From Utricularia gibba (lineage: Eukaryota > Plantae > Magnoliophyta), in assembly GCA_002189035.1 (NCBI GenBank), contig NEEC01000010.1:868001-932000 (forward strand): a stretch of 64,000 bases of DNA, given 5' to 3'. Shown one piece after another: positions 36,801-51,800 of this stretch. The notes beneath the pieces are model-generated. The model did no database searches and had not been told where the DNA came from. It was given only the letters and a program-made list of their open reading frames with translations. Position 1 is the stretch's first letter. Every line of letters begins with the position of its first letter. The position numbers and the translations under genes are program-made.

Positions 36801-39800
36801 TTCTGGCCCCTGAAAAGACAATTTTCACGTACAACCCAGGGAAAGGTAAGAAAAAAAATACAGTTTTCATTATTCTCACTTGCAAACTCATGTAACGATA
36901 TATGCATAAATCCGAAGATCCAGTAGACTGCTGTGTGATGAAGAGCTTCAAAATAGAATCAGTGTCCTCCCCAATTCTCTGAGGTCGAACGAGGACAGGC
37001 ATTGGAGTTAAAGGCAACTGATTGTCAACCTGAATTCCTCCCATTCTAATGTTCAGTCTACAAAAGAAGATCCAGAATTATATACCAAAAAATCTTTTAA
37101 AATTAGAAAAAAAAAAAAGAACCTTCAAATGATGAATAGTAGATTCAATAACCTAGAGAGAACAAATCTTTTCCCTGGTTTAGAGCTTAGGAGATGTGAT
37201 GAAAATCAATCCAATTAGCAAAAGAGCTTAAATCAGTCAATGAGTTCTATGTTAAGAAAATTTACCGATTGATTCCTGAGCCCACTCCAGTTGAATATGA
37301 CAGCAAAAAGTTCTGCAATGACAGATATAATATCTCCTGTGGTGTGTGATCGACAATGGATAACCCAAGCTCTGCAACTTCAAGGGTGAGATGAAATTCA
37401 GCATCTGGGGCAACTGATGGGTCTTGAAGCTGAGACTTATTATCAGACGTTTGTTGTACAGATGAAAGGCTTCGGGATAGCAGGGTGGGTAATTCATTTT
37501 CTGGCATCCAGTCACTAATTTTAACAACGTTTACTTTCTCATCCCGAATAATAGTAACTCTGAGACCACGCTTGGGTCCACTGGAGACTAGGAGGGGCAA
37601 ATGGTCTTTCACCTCATCAATGTCATATTTCTGTGATGTCATAGAATCATTTTCTTCTAGCAGCAGTTCCAACTTTCGTTCTCCACCAAGATCTTCAAAT
37701 GAAAAGGAAGCAGCAGAATTTGGAAGTAGAGGTCTCCATGATGCCTTGGAACTGCCAGCTTGCCGAAATTGCAATGGTAGAAAAAAGGAACGATTTTCAA
37801 TCCTGCCAAGTTTTCAAATGGTTGACTACCACGATGAGAAATTAAAGTTCATGGAATCTATACCACAGTTGCATATAACTAACATGTCTGTTACTGTTAA
37901 TAACTATACACACTTCTTGCAAAGAAAGCTTCTGAGATAGCTACACATCCTTAAAAAAAAAATTAGTTAGCATGTTACCTGTAAGGGCTTGAGAAAGCAC
38001 ATGGGCGGAATATGACTTCATATCTCGAGGCCTTTGTACCACCTCTTACCTCAATAATGAGACTCATTCCTTGATTTCCGACCTCAGATCTCATGAATGT
38101 AGACATTGTACCTTCAGAATCAATTGTAAAAGGTGTGCTCCACAAGTAACCATCCACCCTCAACTACAACAATAGCATATGAGTCAGGTGTTTTAATTTT
38201 GTGTAATTGAGCATGTATGATAAATAATAATGATCACAAAACCTTGAGCAGTTCAGCTTTTCCAGATTGCCATCCAAGATACAAGGAAGGGCCAGTAGGA
38301 TAAAGCCAATTTAAGGACTGCGTACCACATTGTTGTATGCATATCCCAAAGCCAATTCTGTTAATTAACACCGAGTGTGGCTGAACATGTATAACCTGAA
38401 TATAAAATGGAAAGTTCTCTTGAATATGAAACTGAGTTATATTCGAAAATATACTGGAATTTATTCCCGAGCAAAGCAATACACAAGGAAAAGAAATACA
38501 CCTTAGTCCTGTCTGAAGTCATGAGGAGTACAGCTGAGAGCTTGTAGTAACTTCCATCACGACAGTATGCCTTTAATTCAACTCTTTGCTGAGAGTGACA
38601 TTAAATTCATAGATTCAGAGACCTAAATATAAGCTGAACCTATTCAAAGGAAATCTGATTCGTGTGTATCACCTTTTTCTCCAACTCAAGAAGTGATACA
38701 CCAAGACCAAAATTCACAGAGTTTCGAAGGGCAACAGAAATTCCAACCCGTGGAGACAAATATGTGTCATTTCGTGGAGAGAATAACATGACACCACCAC
38801 GACCGATGTAGTCTTGAGGAGAAACCATGCAAGGTGTTGGACTAGTATCTTCAATTTCTTCCAGCACTTGAATATTTTTCCTTACACTACTCTGTCTCCT
38901 CACTAAGGAAGTTGAGGAATGCTTTAACCTTGTGGACTTCACTGCTTTGGGGTTTAGAGGAGAATCACCATCCACACTCTCGAGTGGTTCAATTTCCACT
39001 ACTCTGTATGCCAGGGATAGAAAAGTATCATTAACAATCCAGTACGGGACAAAAAACCTAATTGTTTTAGGTGCTGCTTCTGATCCTCCCATGTCACGCT
39101 CAATGCTCACCCGTAACCTCCTGCATGCAAGTGACAAAGAAGAAAAAGGTCCAAATTGGATCAACTGCGCCCAAAACTGAATCATCCACACTAGCAAAAA
39201 AACCAAAACTGATGGCGAGTTTTAACAAGCCTTGAAGGCAGTGTGATGTTTAATATTCCCTAGCAGTGAATAATGCAATATTAATCATGAAAAGTAGGCA
39301 TCAAACTAAATGAACATGAAATGGTTCATATATCACGAGGTGTCGCACATAATTACATGAACAGCATGACAAATTACATGAGGCTATGGTTAATCAACAA
39401 TAGAGTGTAGTCATATTCAAGAGAACTTGGTAAACCTTTTTGTTCGCTCTTGAAACATCCAGAATGAAGAAACATGGTTGCCAGATGCAATATCCAAAAT
39501 AAGAACAGGATCCTGACATACCAAAAAAGAAAAATGGCACCGTTCAATGGTTTTTTTTTTTTTTTTTTTTTTTTTTATCAGCAAAACAATTTCATTAGTA
39601 AAAAATTAGGGATAAGCCAGCGTATAAACATGATTAAGACGACAACTAAATGAACAAAAAGAGATAACCTTTTCCATAACCCAACCACCTTGAACAGAAA
39701 TCATTAGAAATATCGGATTGCGTATATCAGCAGAATAAATGTGAATCGTCCCTCGTGCTGAAACCAAATCCTGCCCCCTTTCTATGTTTTTACCTTCTCT

Positions 39801-42800
39801 TAACCTTTCCCAGATTTTGAATTCTAAAGAACAAGGAAGTCTATTCTCCAACCTCAGAGGAGAACTTGCCGATATCTTCCAATCAAAGACAGGAAGACTA
39901 AGATCAGTATAAAGCATGGATGCATCAGTGCCAATAGAGAGCCAAAATAATTTTCCATTTGATCCAGCGCAACACCAAAGGATGTCCCTCTTCTCAAGCT
40001 GATCCAATCTTAAAGGATTAATTGATGCCTTAATTCCATGTCTTGAGGAACTCTGATGAGAAGGCAAGCCTTCAGCAGTAGATAAAGAACCGTTATTTAC
40101 AGAAATTGGTTGGCCCCAAGAATATGACGTTTGAGAATTATCAATGAGTGGACGGAACTGAAGACATTTAACAGAATTTCTGGACAGACTACTCAAGGGA
40201 AGAGAATATGTGCATCCAGGGCATAACATCGTGTCAATGTTCTTTCTTATTGTGGAACCTTCATCAACTGCTTGCCTTGTACGGATCCACCGCCTTCGCC
40301 GTACCATATCATGTGCTGACTTTATTCCTGATCTCAGAGAATTTGGTGGCCACTTTAAACTTTGAAAATCAACCGCATAAGCCCATCCATCAGCATCAAC
40401 AAACTGAGATTTTTCAATAGCCCATGATGATGATTCAACCCACACCCATCCCATGGGAAGAGGAGGCTCAAAAAATTCCTTCAAGGAATCAATACAAGCA
40501 AATGTTACTGTAAGCAAAAAGTAAAATAGACGAAAGTCTAGGAGATGCTCACTTCAAAAGAATAACTGAAATCTCTATTGCTCCAATGACCTACATCACA
40601 TTCATTGCTTCCCCAGCCTGATACTGGATGATATTTTTGGTTTTCAAAAATCTCTTCAACATCAATGTTATGGCATGTCCTGGCTGAACTATCATGACCC
40701 GTGACCATGGAGATGTTGCATGTCGATATATTCAATTTGGCATCAGAATCATTTGAAACCATGGCAAGCGTCCTGAAAACTGCATGCTTGATGCCGTTTT
40801 TCATAGAAACCTCCATTGCCACAAAATCCTCTTGTACTTTCCGAGCAATAACTGATAGGGGAAGCAATGAGCGGAAACCATCCCATGGACCTTCGGGCCT
40901 TAGTGCAATCCAGAAACCCATCTCTCCACCTAAATGACTTCCATCAGTCTCACTAGGGCAGGCCGTTGTCACGCTCTTCCCCACATAACAAGTTGAGACA
41001 AAAAGGCAACACTGTGAATGTACTTCATCAAGCTCTTGGCCCTTGAAAGATTCAAACCAAAAAAAATAAAATATAATTATACCATACTCAGCTAAGAGAA
41101 ATAACAATGAATTTCTCTAAGTACCTTTCTTTTTAGTGGATAAGATATAAGGCCTTCACTATCGGATGCTTCATGAAGTGATTTCACAGAAGTAACCTTT
41201 CTTAGCATGCTAGTACTATTCACCACAGAGAAAGAACAAGACCCCACAACCTCACCTAATATTCATCAGCAATACAGTGTTAGTACAAATAGAAAGACCA
41301 GACAAAAAAAGCACAAAAAAAAATGCAGTTTTAGTTAAACTTTCGACCTGGTACCAACACTTGAATAATCCAGTTCGAAAATTATGGGATAAGAAACAAA
41401 ATAAATTATTTACGTGGATTAGAATACCATGAAAAAAACAGTAAACATCAAACTACCCATCATTTGTCAGATGAAAATGAAAAGGAAATGCGGAATTTAT
41501 GATAAGTGCCCACATCAAAGAGTGAAGCCATGGGAAAAAGAGTGGAAGATTATTAGTGAAAATCGAGATCTGGAATATTGACAATCTATGCACTACACAC
41601 AATACCTTTACCAGCCTTAGCAGAAAGATTTGTAATTTCCACCTCCAGTTTAGCACTTGCCTGCAACAATAAAAAATTTCTCTTTGTACATAAGCACATA
41701 CTGAAAGATCTGTTGGAAAGATAACAAGCAATCAACTTCATGATGTATAACACAAATAACTTATTACATATTTGAGTTTTACTACAGCTAAAACCATGTG
41801 CACAATTTGAAGCAGCAAATGCACTTTGAAATTGAAAGAGCATTTATGTATACCCATCATAGCAACTGGAAATCAAAGCCACTTAATTAAGATAAAAATT
41901 TTATTCTTCTATTTTTTAAAAAATTGGCTGTAAATCCATCCAAATGTAAGATGAACCAGGATTCCACTGTATTCCAATTTTCAGCACCCTTAAAATGGCT
42001 TGTTTTATCATACATTAGTGTGTCTGAAGGCCAAACAGCTTTCAAAATTTATACCTTTTGAGGAACTTCAAAAATGAACAATTCATTCCATTCAGCCGTG
42101 CCTTCATGCAAGCCATTCACTTCGGTAGTTGACATTTTGACACATTTTGTTCTTGCACTTTGAGGAAAAGGCTTTGGCAAATTTGCGTCTTGATTCTCAA
42201 CCAGTAAACGCAAAGCACAGAAAATGTTTTGACTATTTCCATCATCAACCAGAGGTAAAGCCTGAAAGGTCAAAAAATATAGAATCCAAATAAAGTTCAC
42301 AACTCTAAATTAAATGCTTTAAGTGACCTACCTTTGCTTTTACTACTTGGACACTGATATAGCATCTAGGTTCCCTTGATTCATCAGAAACATTTAACCT
42401 GTTAGAATACTTAGAGGGTGGCATACATAGAGTTGCATGATTATCATGATGTAGTAATTCAAAGTCTTTGAAGTCCTGCTGACTTTTCCTCAGATATAAA
42501 TCACACCCAAGTTCATTTTGCACTATCACGGTCTGGAAATCATCTTCATCCAAAGCACGATAGCATGACTTTGGTTCAGATATGTTTGGAACAGCAGAAT
42601 CCTGAATGCATATAAACAATAAAAAACAGTACAAAAAGCATAAACTATAATCAGCACTAGGATGTAAGTTTTCTTGCAACCTCATACAGCATAATGGCTT
42701 TCTCTTCAAATTCCCTCTGTTTTCTCCAGGAATCCAATGTTAGACCTAAAGTATCAAAATTGGCAGCACTAAGATTCACATTAAGAATACTTGTCACAGC

Positions 42801-45800
42801 AATTCTCATCCTTTTATCAATTCTTGCTGATTGGCTTGAACTGTTATCATACATTTCAATCCTACGATATGAAACAATAATCGTTTAGAGTAGTAAGATT
42901 ATCAATAGCATAGCACGAAATCACCAAAATGTGGTGAATATAACTCAAATCCGAATGTAGAAAACTCAATAAGAGAAAGATAAAATGGGCCTATAATTCT
43001 TACTTCAAAATCCCATCAAATGGCTCGATAAGTGGCTCCCATGCTTCTAACTGAATATTAAAAATTGATGAGGCAAAAGAGGAAATCAGCACAGCATTCA
43101 TTGCCTCAAGTCTTCCATGTGTTGCTAGTTTGATGTTTGTAATTGTGGCATCAAAAAGTGGAGTAATCTAAAAAGAGCATACGAGACATAGAAGATCAAC
43201 ATATTGGCATTTAAAGAAAAAATCTAGATTAAGGACAATATTAATATGCGAAGAGTAACCATGCCACACAAGCTGTCCAATATAGTCAAAGATAGGCATC
43301 TGATTTTCATCTCTGCTGTTATATTGTCCTTTGTTTTTGGCTTCGCTGAGTACCCTATAGAAAATGCTAATTTGTTTGATGGCTTCTTCAGATCTGATCG
43401 AGCAAGAAATGTGCTGGCCTGCAGAAATAATGGAAACTGGGATCAAGGGAAAAATGGATCTTCTGTTTAGTGGTAAAGGTGACATAAATTAATAAAATCC
43501 ATGAGGTCATGTGTCAAAAGCAATGATGCTGCTGATCGAAATCTAGTTTTTTTATGGAGCTTACTTGGTTTCCAACTTTCCAAATACTCAACGTCTGAGC
43601 AGCTTTTGAATTAGGTACTCTTGAGATAGGTATGTCAACGATATCAGCTTGGTTGACAAAATCCATTCTTGGACAGCACAACAATTCTAGAGATGGTGCT
43701 TCATCCTGTTGAGTCACCACACATCCTAGAGAAGCATAACCAGGAGGGGCAATAGGGTACCAGAAGAAAGCTTCCTTCTGGCCCCTCTTCCCAATTTGAG
43801 CAACTTTTGTAAATTGAACAGGTTTTGCAGAAATCTCAGAGTTATCAGACTTGAAAATGATGCCTGATGTAGGAGGTTCCAGGCTGAGAAGTGAAGTTGA
43901 CAGAATGGACTTTAAGTACTACAGGATTGAGAAGATGATACTGACATGAAGGCATGGTACACAAAAGTGTCCAAAGGGATATATAAAAACCTTACCCTTC
44001 AGTGATGCAGTCACCCAGTATGGCATATCCTACATGAGGTATAGGTCTCCAAATAGAAAATGCTCTCTGGAAGTCACTCCCGGTGTCCCACCATATCTTC
44101 TCAAAGTTTGGTGTTGACATATAGCATGCACTTAATTTAGAAATAGATCTTAAAACATCCCAGCCAGTAGATACCGGACCCTGGCTGCGAGTCAGATGCA
44201 ATTGATTTTCCTGCTCATTTTTATAATCCAGAAGGGATCCAGTGAATACTGATGTACGCAGGCTATTGTACCATAGAAGAAGATGATTCAGGTCAAAGCA
44301 AGAGGATTTGGAAGGACAGCCAGCAGATGCATGAGCATAAAATGACCCAACAGAGTTGTCTAGCCTCCATATGCTGAATCCGTTTTCAAATGAATCATTA
44401 GGAGAAGAATTACATAGACACTCCAAACACATGGTTGAGGTAACAAGATCATAACGAAGGCAATGAACAATATGATTTGGAGGAGGCTGGCTTCCAACAT
44501 TAGCAACACATCCTAGAGCAATATATCCTGGGGTGCAATTGGTTGCCAAATGGAACACTGGGCGCTAATATCAAGAGGTACTTCTTGGGTTATTCGCCCT
44601 TGAACCCCCAAAATGAAGCAATTAGCTTGAACCCAAGAGGTTTCAGTGCACGGCCATAAGCATTGCTTACTGCAAGCACTGACTGAGATGGTGGGTTCGG
44701 CCTGAGAAGCAAACAAGCAATCTAATTAGCAGACTCAGAAACATATCTCAGTAGAATACAAGAAAAGATAGTGACATAGAAAAGCAAAAACCTTGTTAGA
44801 TTGTGTCTATGGTTCGGAATGCAGAAATTAGCACATGATTGTTACAAAAAAAAAAAAAAAAAAATTAAACACATTAAAATTTTTCTGATGTTTCATCCAA
44901 AATACTAACAAAAAGGAAATGCAGCAGTACACTGTACCGTGATGTTACACAATCACCCAAAACAACATAGTTTGAAGGAGCCCTAGGCCTCCAAAACGTT
45001 AGATTGCTGAGATGACCATTATCTGTGAAAAACAAGCTACCTTGATATTAATCACTTGTCAAGATATTCTCAATATTACTCATTGTGGAGAATGAGATGT
45101 TGAGTAGGGATAGTAGAAAGGGTAGCATCGTTGAAACAAATTGAATGGGAAAGGTGATACCTTTAGGAGACACCCATATTTGATCAAAGTTTGTACATGC
45201 TGAAATGACATCAGCAGATTGAAACTGCAGTGCTGTGGATGCCTGACTATGCAGATTAAGCAGAAGGGAGATAACACCTAGAGAAAGATGAAAATATAAA
45301 TCGCCAGACATAACTGATATGCTTGTTTTATCTTTAACAGAAGTATATCCCCCAGAAATATCGACTGGATCAAGAACAACAAGCCCAGAACCAGCTTCCA
45401 TGGTTAGATCCTTTACACAGCCCCTTATCCATTTATCCTCTTCCTTTGATGCATACCTATTTAGTAACATACAAAATAATAAAAACTAAAGTTTAATAAA
45501 ATCTACCGTGATGATAAATAATTTTTGAATCAGCAAATAAATTGAAAGATCAGCGAGCTGCAATATTGAGTCTTATATCATATTTTTACACCGAGGCTGA
45601 ACCAAATGGGGAGCACAGCACACATTCAACGTAACATAAAAGGTCTCTATCAGTACCAAGTCACGAAATATTTCAATAGGGAGCATAGTGTTCACCAGTC
45701 AACATAGCAGGTACAACTTACATGAAGCTTAAGTCAGCCTTTGCACGAAGAATCTTTTCACCATGGGTAGAATCATCAAGGAATGATTTGCCACTGTCAT

Positions 45801-48800
45801 AGAAGGTGAAATCTGGGGAAACAACCTGAATCGAAGGGAAAAAATATGAATGATTATGACATCAAGAGTTGGCAACTCTATAGGAGAGAAATCGCAACAA
45901 TGTTAAAAATCTACCTGCACTTCAAACTTAAGACTTTGAATTCTAGTTGATTCACAGCGACCAGTGCCTGATGAATTTTCATCTGAAGGATCCAAATCTT
46001 CATGATTTCTATCGAGGACGTGATCATCCTCAAAGGATATTTCAACACCATCTTCTGGAGAGACTGAATATGAGCTTTCATTGCTCAAGTAAGTATATTT
46101 TTTCAGCAGCAAGCCATTCTAAGAATAAGCCGATATCAGAAAAAATTATGAAAATTAATTTTTACATAACCAGATACTGGGAAAAAATTAGGAAAATGCT
46201 GCCAACATGGGTAGAACAAAAAGAAGGTTGAACTATGCTAGACATAAATAATTATGTACCTCAATTTTTACATTTTTGAAGCATAACTTCTTCCCTCGCC
46301 CGATGATGATAATGGGATGGGAAAATGGAAACTGAAACTCCTCACAAATGAGATGAATGGTTTTACCACAACCATCATATAAATATTCATCAATCCCAAA
46401 AGCATCTGCAACAAGCTGCTTAGTTGGAGATAAATGCACTACTTCTTCAATCTGTTTATATATGGGCACTGAAAGAACTATACTACTCTTAGAAATTGGA
46501 TCATTATGTGGATCCATCATTTCCTCCCTGCCAGTGATGGCACCCAAGGCAGGCACAAAAAATTCACCCACAGCAAGAAGAAACTCCAGAACAAAAAGAA
46601 TACGAGGCTGCTGCACCCGGATTACAAATGATTGTGATGAGGTGCGCCACCTTCCATCCATCAATAACATCGTTGAACTAGAACGGTCCAAGGAAGGCCC
46701 AGGAGAAATCTGCCTTGGGGCATCTGTACAGGACCCAAGCATCAACCTCATCTCTGTTTTTGTATTGGGGCGAATGTCTAAAATAGAGAATTTAGGAATA
46801 GTGACATATAACTCAGCTTCTGATAATGATGTCATTCGATATGAGACCCAAAGGCCTTCAATCTGCACAATATAAACTAATTGAAAAAGGACATCCCTTT
46901 TTTGAAAAGCAGAATATTTCAACAAGAACACTCACCAAAACATGCGCCAGTGGTGATTCTTTATCTGCCCCATAACATAGCTCTAGCAACGCATGGTCAA
47001 CTTCAACTGCCATTATTGTAACAGTGCGAGAGAAAAGGATCTGGCCATTCATGTTCATCTTAACGGCCAGCATTTTAATAGTGTCTTTGGCGGATGACTG
47101 GCTATTTCGGAAACTAGGAGGAATATTTGGTGGTTCACACAAGTTTGTATAGAAACAACTAAGAATAACATTATACTCTCTATCAGACATTACTGCATGC
47201 ACTGAAGCCACCTGCTCCACAAGAGAATGAACTTCAGCTATTGATGGTGAAATCAGGAGTTTTAATTTACTCGAAAGGAAAGACAGGAAAGAGACGCATT
47301 TGAGGAATAGAAACTGAGAAATTACTTTAATTTCCAAGAAGAGTGTAGGGACTTTGCGAAAGACATCTCTCAAACTGCGCCTAACATGCAATTTAACTTC
47401 TCTTCCTTCACGTATCATAGGTTTGCCAACACATCCATTTATTCCAACAGTCACATTAATCCCAAGAATCTGAATGGAAAAAAGAAACAGCATAAGGTCA
47501 TTAACAAATTTCAATAAATGAATGCCTGTAACAACCTCAGCATCAAGAATCTCAAGATGGACAGCAGAAGCATCCTTCTCTGGATTTCCATGCCATCTAA
47601 ATGTATTTCTGACTCGTAGATGACCAAGATCAAGTTGCATGAAACTGCAGAAATGTAAGATGGGAAAACATCCATAAGGGGCTACATGAGCAAATAAGTG
47701 TGTCCATGCAAAAAAGTGAAAAGGCATCAAATTTACCCTGAGCAAATTTTTAAGGTTTGTAGCATGCATAGACAGAAAAAGGCATCAAAACACATTTCAG
47801 TGAATTAAAACAACAGATTAGCCAACCGCATAAAAGGTGATAGTCTATTCACGAAGATTGCTAAACCTTAATTATAAGATAAACAAGATGGAATATATTC
47901 CAAGCTGTAAGAATGAAATTAACATCCAAGAATGTATAAAAGTGAGGGCGGTACCTAAGAAAAATATAGAAGTGGTAAAAAGAAAGTTCAAAGCAGTTGA
48001 ATCCATTGTTAAACGCACATTTTGGGAATCCAATCAAAAAAAATTGAAAATCAATTGATAAAAATAAGAATTTGAGAACAGCAATCCAATAATGCCAAAA
48101 ACACATTCCCCAACACAAGAAACTTGAAACAAACACCCAGAACCAAGATTAATTTGAAAGGCAACTATTTCAACTCTTCTTAGAAGAAAAAGATGAAATT
48201 GACTAATAATTTCATCGAAGCTCAGCTATCACATACAAACATCATATTATCATATCACAGTGCAAAATTCAGCATAAAAATGGAGGGAGCTAGAAAAAAC
48301 TAACTCTTTGCTATGCGAGTTCTGGGGAACTATTATTATTGGAGTATCCAGGGAAAGGTCAAGTTTAATAGCCGATGCTCCATCAACCTCGTTTTTCTGA
48401 ATAAGCCATTCTATTCCTCCTACTTTGTCAACAAGTTTAATTGCTTCTTCAGTATGTGGAGTAGCTAACTCCATAAAGTATGCAACTATCTGCAAATTCA
48501 TATTTGGTGAATGAAGTTTGGGAGTACCAACTATATCAATTTGCTGTGAAGTAGAAGAAGATTGAGGAACACTTTGCCAAGTACCTTACCACACAACTCA
48601 AAAGCAAATGAGAGTACAAAGAAAAATTGAAGTTAAAACAATCACAAGTCTATTTCTTTTTCCGTATAAATCGTTTCAAAATAAAATGTTCACCACATGA
48701 TCATTATTAATATGAATTAGTTAGCAGACTTTCTTAAATAAAATCTATAACTATCTGAAATGGCCTTGTTACTATGACTGTTAAATCAAGCTTATAAGTT

Positions 48801-51800
48801 TGGCATACTAGAAATATAAAAAAGTAAGAATCCAAGAAGAAAATTCTTGCCAATGGTGCAAATGAAATCACCTCCTGAACGAATCTGTAGAGGAACACAA
48901 TGCGAACTGCAGAAAGATGGCCACTCAAGCTATAGTCATATCCTTCGTAATCTTCATCCTGATTGCTATAGGAATTGAATTTGAACTGCAAATCGCAGAC
49001 AAATAAAAGAAATACAAATCAGTAGAAGTTGAGAGGAAAATCCCCAGTAAAATTTCAAGAGGACCTGAATCAGTGACTCTGCCACTTGGTCACGCAAATC
49101 ACAAAGCCAACCCCAGCAATGCCCACATCCAAGGCCTAGATCGCACAATCTCAAGTTGCCCAAAGTTCCCTCAATGGAGTTTGAACTTGGGTGTACCTAA
49201 TTATGCATAACAATAAGTGGTCCAGTAGTAGAGTCCAGAACGTACAAAAAACAAAATCAATAATAGAAACCACCTTGATATCCAACTGAAAACTTTCTTG
49301 AATGAACATAGCAAGTTGAGAACCATCCTCTTTGTTTAGAAACACAGTGACGCTGTCAACTTTCATATACATACGAAAAACAACCCTACTTTTGCCATAA
49401 CCCAGTAATCCTTTCACAGATGAATCATGTAATTGTTGCTCAATCCTTTCTTTAGGTTCAGCATCAAGATTTTCTTTGTCTGAACTATCACCTAAGTTAT
49501 GTGCAGAGCTCATATCAACACCAAAATTGATCAAAGCAACAACAGTAGGCCGGTTGAAATAAAATTCCAACTTTGACATCTGGATACTCATCTGTAAATT
49601 AAGAATTGAGACACAATAACATGCAAGATCATTTTTTGAAATAAGCAGTATGCAGGATCAATTTAAAACAAATGGATATTCAATTTTCTAATTTGATAAC
49701 AAATAGTTACCTGTGTATCAAGACCGTCATAGTTAGGGGAGCCAGGATCCCTTCTCAAGAATAAAAAAGAAACAAAATCAGACCCATCAGATCCCATTGT
49801 CTCGTAAAAAATATCATGTAAACCACATTCAGAGGGATCCTGTGAAGACACAAAATCTGACAAAGCATCTTTAAAGTCATCATCCTCTTCCATTGGCAAC
49901 AAAATGGGCTCAATTCCTAGAAATTCCGAATTCAAAGGTGAATCATGTGCATGTGCGTCAACTACTGAGCATGCTAAAAACTTGTCTCCAGACAAATCCT
50001 CAAGCTGATCCATAATTTTCAAGGAATTCAACTTCATCTTTACGATTAAGTCGCTAGCACAACTTGAAACATGAACCTGAAGAAAATTATCAGCGCGCCT
50101 GATGAGATACAATAATATCACAGTGTGCAAAAGATGGAAATAATGTCCACAATTCTTAATTTACTTTTGGTGTATGTACTTACTAGGTCACGATTTGATG
50201 ATAGCAATTAAAAATCATAAGAGAAAAACATATACAAACCTTTCCACCATTAGCAAGAATTTCAAGGATCAGCTTCTCCTGCATGTCATCATTTTTGTCA
50301 TCTCCAAACTGAAAAAGGCAGATTTACACATCAAAATGCTACACTCACTCCTAACAAGAAAAAAGACACAATCACAAGTAATGGTCTTGTGATAAAAGCA
50401 CATGGATGTTTTTAAATAACATAACCGAAACAAAATTGCTGACCTTTCCGTATAATGAAATTTTGGTTTCTATCACACTTCCAGTGATAACAAGATCACC
50501 CGCCTTCAAGATACTGTCATGAGTTACAGTGAGTTCTACATGGTCATCCATTACTTCATCAAGTATATTAACTGAAGGTGGGGCCTATCAATGAATAAAG
50601 TGAATGTTGATTGCCTAGGCACATCCAAGATAAAAGAACCGACCACAGGATCTAACTTCTTACAGAAGCTCTGTAGGTACACTGGACAAGTCCCCTTATC
50701 CAAGCTTGTTTTTCCTCCTCCTTTTGGAACTCAATTATCAAAGTACTAAAAGACTCCAGAGTCTGGGATGAAAAAGAGAGAATTTAAGAGTCAAATTCAA
50801 TCACGAACCAGATTTTGTCCTAATGCACCCCGCAAAGACAAGCATACTAACATTTTGCGTCATTCAACCTAGACTTCACATGAAACAGAAGGGCATTGTT
50901 GTTTTAAATACAGAAAAATTTAATATGAACATACTCAACCACAGTGCTAAAAGGAACGACTAGTTGCAGAATTAGTAAAATATCACTACCTTTTTTATAT
51001 CCATGCCCCTAGGGCAGATAGCAATACAAGTGGGAGAACCACCAAGACTTGCTGGGGGAACATCAAATACTTGTTTCCCTGCCATGCTGCAATTCCAGAT
51101 GTAGAAAGATTGCTTAAAAAAAATCTACACCTTACTTGGGGGGGGGGGGGCGGAGTGGCGGGGATATTGAAAGACCTTGAGCACCGTTGATAGCTATGTG
51201 AATTTTCAGATTCCAATACATAAAAATAAAATCCAGACAAGACAACATGGCAAGGATGCCACGCAGCAACTGAATATCCAATTCCCTGTAATAAAAAAAA
51301 CTATAATAATGAGAAAAGAGCAACAAATCATTACAATTATATGGTGTTAACAGCCAACCTGTTGTGTGTTTGAGTAAGTTTCTAACCTTCCAGACTAAAA
51401 TTCTTGCATCACTTGACAGATCTGGATGATGCCATGGGAGGGTGTGTTTTCGGAGATTCTCTTCTGCTAGCTGCTCATCATCAGCCATTACACCCCAAGT
51501 AGGGCCATCAACTTAATAAGTCTCTGATACCTCCAAGGCGAGAAATGCACACCAAGGCTGAGAATTTTAACAGATATTCTTGTGGATGGATGATTTGGAT
51601 GAGGCACCTTTATCTTCATGACATACATGTAGTACTAGTAAATGTCTCGTTGACAAAAAAAGAACATTTGATAATCTGTACCTACCTGATCAACGATTAC
51701 ACCCATTCCACACCTATCTATAAGAAAAGGGGAGTTTTCAAAATCTCCGGAAGGTACAGAGACTGCTGTTGCAAAACTCGAACTGCTTGTTAAACCCTTA

